A stretch of DNA of 13,743 nucleotides from Polyangiaceae bacterium. GTDB lineage: Bacteria > Myxococcota_A > Polyangia > Polyangiales > Polyangiaceae. The notes under the pieces were generated by a model that searched no databases, was not told the origin of the DNA, and saw only the letters and a list, made by a program, of their open reading frames with translations. Position numbers and translations under genes: made by a program. The first letter of the stretch is position 1. The number at the start of each line of letters is the position of its first letter. Shown in pieces: positions 6,774 to 13,743 of the stretch. The stretch spans positions 1 to 13,743 of the forward strand of contig JBGANF010000179.1 in NCBI GenBank assembly GCA_044222475.1. Reading direction: 5' to 3'.

Positions 6774-7910
6774 TCACCGTAGGACGCGGTAGAGCATCCC
6801 GTGGTCGACGCCGTTGTAGATCTCGACCTGGATCCAGTAGACGAACTTGTCCGTGACGAACATCTCGCGGAAGCGCGACCACGATGCGCGGAGCGTCCGC
6901 GTGCCATTCACGTCGATTCGGACGAGGCCGTCGTCGAGGGCGACGTAGGTCGCGCCGGCGACGCGAGCCACCGCGCGAACATCCGTGAGTCGACCTGCGT
7001 CGAGAGGATCGAGACCATACGTGAGTGTGCCCCCGTCACCGGGTCGCGACCGCACGAGCACGAAAGACGCATCGTCGCTGGCGATCGCCACCGCGCGCTC
7101 TGCGGGCATCGCGGCGTCGGCGTCTCCGTCGTCGGCGTCGCTCGCGTCGAGCCCTGCGTCTCCCCCATCGGCGACCGCGAACACTTGCTCGCGCACCGAT
7201 CCGTCGTCGAGCCAGCGGAGCGCGAAGGCATTCGCGCTGAAGGGGTAGTCGATCCCGGTGTCGTCGAGCGCGCCGAGGGAGACGACGCCGCCGTCAGCGA
7301 GCAAGACGAGCTCGCGCCCAGCGTCGCCTGCGCTCGGAAGCGCAGCGAGGCTTCCGGAGGTGACGATGCCGCGACCAGGAGCCACGCCCGTGACCCAGGG
7401 ACCGATCCCCGCGTCGCCGAAGCGAAACACCGCGCCACCACCGTCGAACGTGCCACCGAAGACGACGCCTCCGAGGTCGTCGCAGGCGATCCCGCCGCTC
7501 GGGTCGGCAGGGATCGGAAGAGTCTCGGCGATGGTCACCGGATTCGGATCGTCGACTCGGAGACGTACCAATTCGGTACCGTCGACGACGAAGATCGAGC
7601 TTCCGCAGACCGCGAGTCCGTGCGGCAGATCGGTGAGCCTATACAACCATTGGGGAGGAAGCGGCGGGTCGGGCGCGTCCGACGCCGCGACGCAGTCACA
7701 GCTGTCGTTCGCTCCAACGCAGCTGGTCCAGCCAAGGTCGCAGATGGCCGCGCAGCTGCCAAACCAGCCGTCGGTGATCACTCCGTGTGCGATTCTCGAT
7801 CCGACCTTGTCGCAGCGCGGGGCGGTGCAGCTGAAATCGGGCTGGGCGCACAGACACGACCCCGATGCGCTCAGGATCGCGACGAGCCAAACCACCCGCG
7901 GAAACCGCAT
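6774..7910 (-). CDS. Hypothetical secreted/lipoprotein, about 378 aa: Cys-rich N-terminus then beta-rich region with many DAG/DGG motifs
   Basis: MRFPRVVWLVAILSASGSC signal-like N-terminus (ATG 7910; alternative GTG 7922); nine Cys in the first about 75 residues; propeller-like strands (PHGLAV..SSIFVVD, GGIACD, MFVTDKFVYW); fills the gap between neighbours without overlap. Confidence 0.7.
   Translation of the reverse strand: MRFPRVVWLVAILSASGSCLCAQPDFSCTAPRCDKVGSRIAHGVITDGWFGSCAAICDLGWTSCVGANDSCDCVAASDAPDPPLPPQWLYRLTDLPHGLAVCGSSIFVVDGTELVRLRVDDPNPVTIAETLPIPADPSGGIACDDLGGVVFGGTFDGGGAVFRFGDAGIGPWVTGVAPGRGIVTSGSLAALPSAGDAGRELVLLADGGVVSLGALDDTGIDYPFSANAFALRWLDDGSVREQVFAVADGGDAGLDASDADDGDADAAMPAERAVAIASDDASFVLVRSRPGDGGTLTYGLDPLDAGRLTDVRAVARVAGATYVALDDGLVRIDVNGTRTLRASWSRFREMFVTDKFVYWIQVEIYNGVDHGMLYRVLR
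7565..7579. repeat. Dispersed 15-bp palindrome, copy 3 (GTACCAATTCGGTAC)
   Basis: Read on the minus strand as GGT ACC GAA TTG GTA CGT (GTELVR), a different frame and peptide from copies 1 and 2. Confidence 0.7.
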
Positions 7911-7992
7911 GCACGCAGGCACGCAACAATCAGGCCCTCGCGCATCCTCGCGGAACCGCGAATGGCCGATGCCCGCCGCTATGACAGAGCGA

Positions 7993-8784
7993 TCAGCCGA
8001 ACGGCTCGGCCAGGCGAACCTTGAAGCTGACGACGGCGACGAAGATCTCTTCGAAGGCCGCGGCGAGCTTCTCGTCGCTCCGGTCGAGGTTGCCGTCGAG
8101 CTTCATCTGCTCGGCGATGAGCATGTCGTAGATCCAGGAAACCTCGTCGAGGCGGTGACGGAAGTCACCCCACTGCGGCGTGAGGTCGTTGAGCTGGTTC
8201 GCGAGGATCGTGAGGATCTCGGTCACGTCGCTCAGCCAGAGGTACACGCCGGCGAGGTACGGCGCGGCGGTGCCGTCTTCGGCGATGAGCGACGCGTAGC
8301 CCGGCTCGTCGGTGAGCTCGACGAGGCTCGTCAGGGAGCGACGCACCATCGCGAGCGCGCCGACGCGGCGGCGCAGCGAGGTCTCGGCCGCGCGGGCCGA
8401 CGGATCGACGGAGTCGAACCGCTCGCAGATCGACTCGAGCGCGTGGATGCAGCGCGCGAGGTCGACGTGGCGGGCGACGATCGCCTCACGCTGGTCACGC
8501 TTGGGCAGCGTACCGACGTACGAGCCTTCGCCCCGCTCGCTCTCCGGGAAGTCGTACGGCCACGCATCCTCGGGGACGACGGCGGTCTGCATCGGCGTGA
8601 GGACGCCGGTGTCGTCCGCGTCGTCGAGCTCGAAGCGCGGGAGCGAGCGGTCCGTCGGAGGGCCGTTGTCGTCGTCGACGAGGTCGGGGACGCGGCGCAC
8701 GGAGGGCGGCGCCTCTTCGAGTTGAAGGTCCTCGGCGGTCCAGTCGAGCTCGGAAGGCGTGTAGTTTACAAGAAGCTGTTTCAT
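7993..8784 (-). CDS. Hypothetical cytoplasmic protein, 263 aa: acidic Pro-rich N-terminal region plus amphipathic helical C-terminal domain
   Basis: ATG 8784 with GGGGA 8 nt upstream; normal amino-acid composition (unlike the Arg-rich shadow ORFs); no signal peptide or recognisable motif. Confidence 0.8.
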   Translation of the reverse strand: MKQLLVNYTPSELDWTAEDLQLEEAPPSVRRVPDLVDDDNGPPTDRSLPRFELDDADDTGVLTPMQTAVVPEDAWPYDFPESERGEGSYVGTLPKRDQREAIVARHVDLARCIHALESICERFDSVDPSARAAETSLRRRVGALAMVRRSLTSLVELTDEPGYASLIAEDGTAAPYLAGVYLWLSDVTEILTILANQLNDLTPQWGDFRHRLDEVSWIYDMLIAEQMKLDGNLDRSDEKLAAAFEEIFVAVVSFKVRLAEPFG

Positions 8785-8936
8785 TGTTCAGGTCCCCACC
8801 AGAAGCGGCAGAAGGGGGAGGTTGTACCACAACGGCTACCTGCCCCGCACCTTTCACGTCCAAGTGTGTGCGTCTGATTTACGGTTCTCGGGTGCGGTAG
8901 ATTCCCGCTCCGTTCATTCGGCGTGACCTCGCCAAG

Positions 8937-8953
8937 AGCATTCTTCGCGCCAG
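8937..8953 (-). promoter_or_regulatory. Putative sigma54 (-24/-12) promoter for the 263-aa gene
   Basis: Minus strand CTGGCGCG-AAGA-ATGCT versus YTGGCACG-N4-TTGCW, exact GG-N10-GC spacing; predicted start near 8926. Confidence 0.55.
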
Positions 8954-8965
8954 CCACACGCCCTC

Positions 8966-8981
8966 AGTGATCTCGGTCACT
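8966..8981. promoter_or_regulatory. CRP/FNR-family-like palindromic site
   Basis: AGTGA-TCTCGG-TCACT, perfect dyad with the GTGA-N6-TCAC core of the CRP consensus TGTGA-N6-TCACA. Confidence 0.45.
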
Positions 8982-9053
8982 TACGTGGGTTTCCGCGATG
9001 TAGGTGTACCTGGGTTCACGGCACCCATGCCCGCCGCGCCACCCCCACCCACC

Positions 9054-9085
9054 AAGAAACGTTAGCCGGCTTACGCCTTCGGCTA
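9054..9085 (-). terminator. Possible intrinsic terminator of the rpoC-containing transcript
   Basis: Minus strand TAGCC-GAA-GGC-GTAA-GCC-GGCTA then ACG-TTTCTT: bulged stem with GNRA loop beginning at the TAG stop; weak, offset U-tract. Confidence 0.4.
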
Positions 9086-9864
9086 CTGGAGGTCGACCGC
9101 CGCTCGCACTCGGTCGCCCCCGGGCGTCAGCGCGTTACTGAACGCGCGGAAGGTGACACGGTAGTCGCCCGAATCGACCTGGGTGAGCGTCTCACCGCGC
9201 ACGTCGAGCTGGCCAGGACCGGCCGCGAACGGCGCCGTCACGATGGTCCCCTTCCCGGCGGTCGCCAGGAAGCGGCAGTCGACCTCGATGCGTTGGTCGG
9301 CGGTGTCCTGATCGAGGTGCCCGACGACCTCACCGAAGGTGCCCTCGGTCCACGTGATCTCGAGCGGAGCCGAGCGCGCCACCACGACGGGGTTCACGCC
9401 GTCGATCGTCGGCGACGCCAGCTTCACCGACGGACCGCCGAGAACCGTCGCGCTGAACGCTGGGACGTCGGCGCCTCCGGTCGTCTTCAGCGTCAGGCTC
9501 GCGCCCGGCCCGAACTGGGTGCGCTGCACTCCCGGCGGATCGTAGAGGTACGGAGGGTCGAGGACGATCCCGTCGCGCGTACCGACGAAGTTCAGCGTCC
9601 CCGCCGCCGGTGCCTCCGGCGGAGCCGGGCGCTGCGCCGGACAAACGACGACGGAGCACCCACTCACGGTGCTCTTCGTGCAGTCGGCGAAGCGATCGTA
9701 GAAATACGCATACACGCCGGCCGCGACGAGCCCCTGCGTACCAGATTGGTACTGCGTGGAGTACGCCGCGACGTCCGCGACGCGACCGGGCTGCTTCGCT
9801 GAGGAGCAACCCGGTCCGTACGCGAGGATCGCGAGGCCTACGAGGGCGCCGCGAACGACCGCGC

Positions 9865-9868
<4 letters not shown>
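9083..9868 (-). CDS. Hypothetical secreted/lipoprotein, 261 aa, beta-rich; start overlaps the rpoC stop
   Basis: ATG 9868-9866 within ATGA shared with the rpo[27 protein letters not shown] signal/lipobox-like N-terminus; Cys cluster [15 protein letters not shown]. The upstream part of the 641-aa ORF in the track is a shadow frame of rpoC. Confidence 0.8.
9738..9752. repeat. Dispersed 15-bp palindrome, copy 4 (GTACCAGATTGGTAC)
   Basis: Read on the minus strand as CAG TAC CAA TCT GGT ACG (QYQSGT). Confidence 0.7.

Positions 9869-13743
<3,875 letters not shown>

Noticed and set aside
4637..6907. 756-aa antisense ORF and other long alternative-frame ORFs (175-1407, 2141-3112, 5683-6633, 6801-8024, 7258-8877, 12194-13399)
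   Set aside because: Shadow frames of supported genes; low-complexity Arg-rich translations with no recognisable domains.
8830..8880. Partial resemblance of the minus-strand leader (GACGCA...GGTAGCCG) to a c-di-GMP-I riboswitch
   Set aside because: Lacks the GGCAAA element, the GNRA-capped P2 stem and the GCAAAG junction.
9024..9053. G-rich tract on the minus strand (GGG-T-GGGGG-N9-GGG-CAT-GGG), possible G-quadruplex
   Set aside because: One loop is long and G-runs are common at this GC content; no independent support.

Overview
High-GC bacterial DNA. Gene content and protein style (lipoproteins with Asp-Ala/Gly-Gly linkers, a Hanks kinase fused to an FGE-fold domain, a large L,D-transpeptidase, rpoC with the trigger-loop insertion) suggest Myxococcota, probably Polyangiales-like; this is inference. 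Plus strand: 3' part of ligD (ligase C-terminus then primase-like polymerase domain), an L,D-transpeptidase lipoprotein, a discoidin/F5-8C lipoprotein, a beta-propeller lipoprotein and a membrane Ser/Thr kinase with an external FGE-sulfatase-fold domain. Minus strand: most of rpoC, a secreted/lipoprotein gene overlapping the rpoC stop (ATGA), a 263-aa orphan and a Cys-rich secreted protein. No RNA genes, mobile elements or CRISPR arrays were seen. The most striking unexplained signal is a 15-bp palindrome, GTMCC-ARWTY-GGKAC, found four times, once inside each of the four uncharacterised exported-protein genes. It occurs on both coding strands, in two frames, and imposes A/T-rich codons, which suggests a dispersed DNA-level binding site. 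Also notable: two sigma54-like promoter architectures, two identical TGnTACGCT boxes positioned for leaderless mRNAs, and a hairpin that buries a Shine-Dalgarno sequence.
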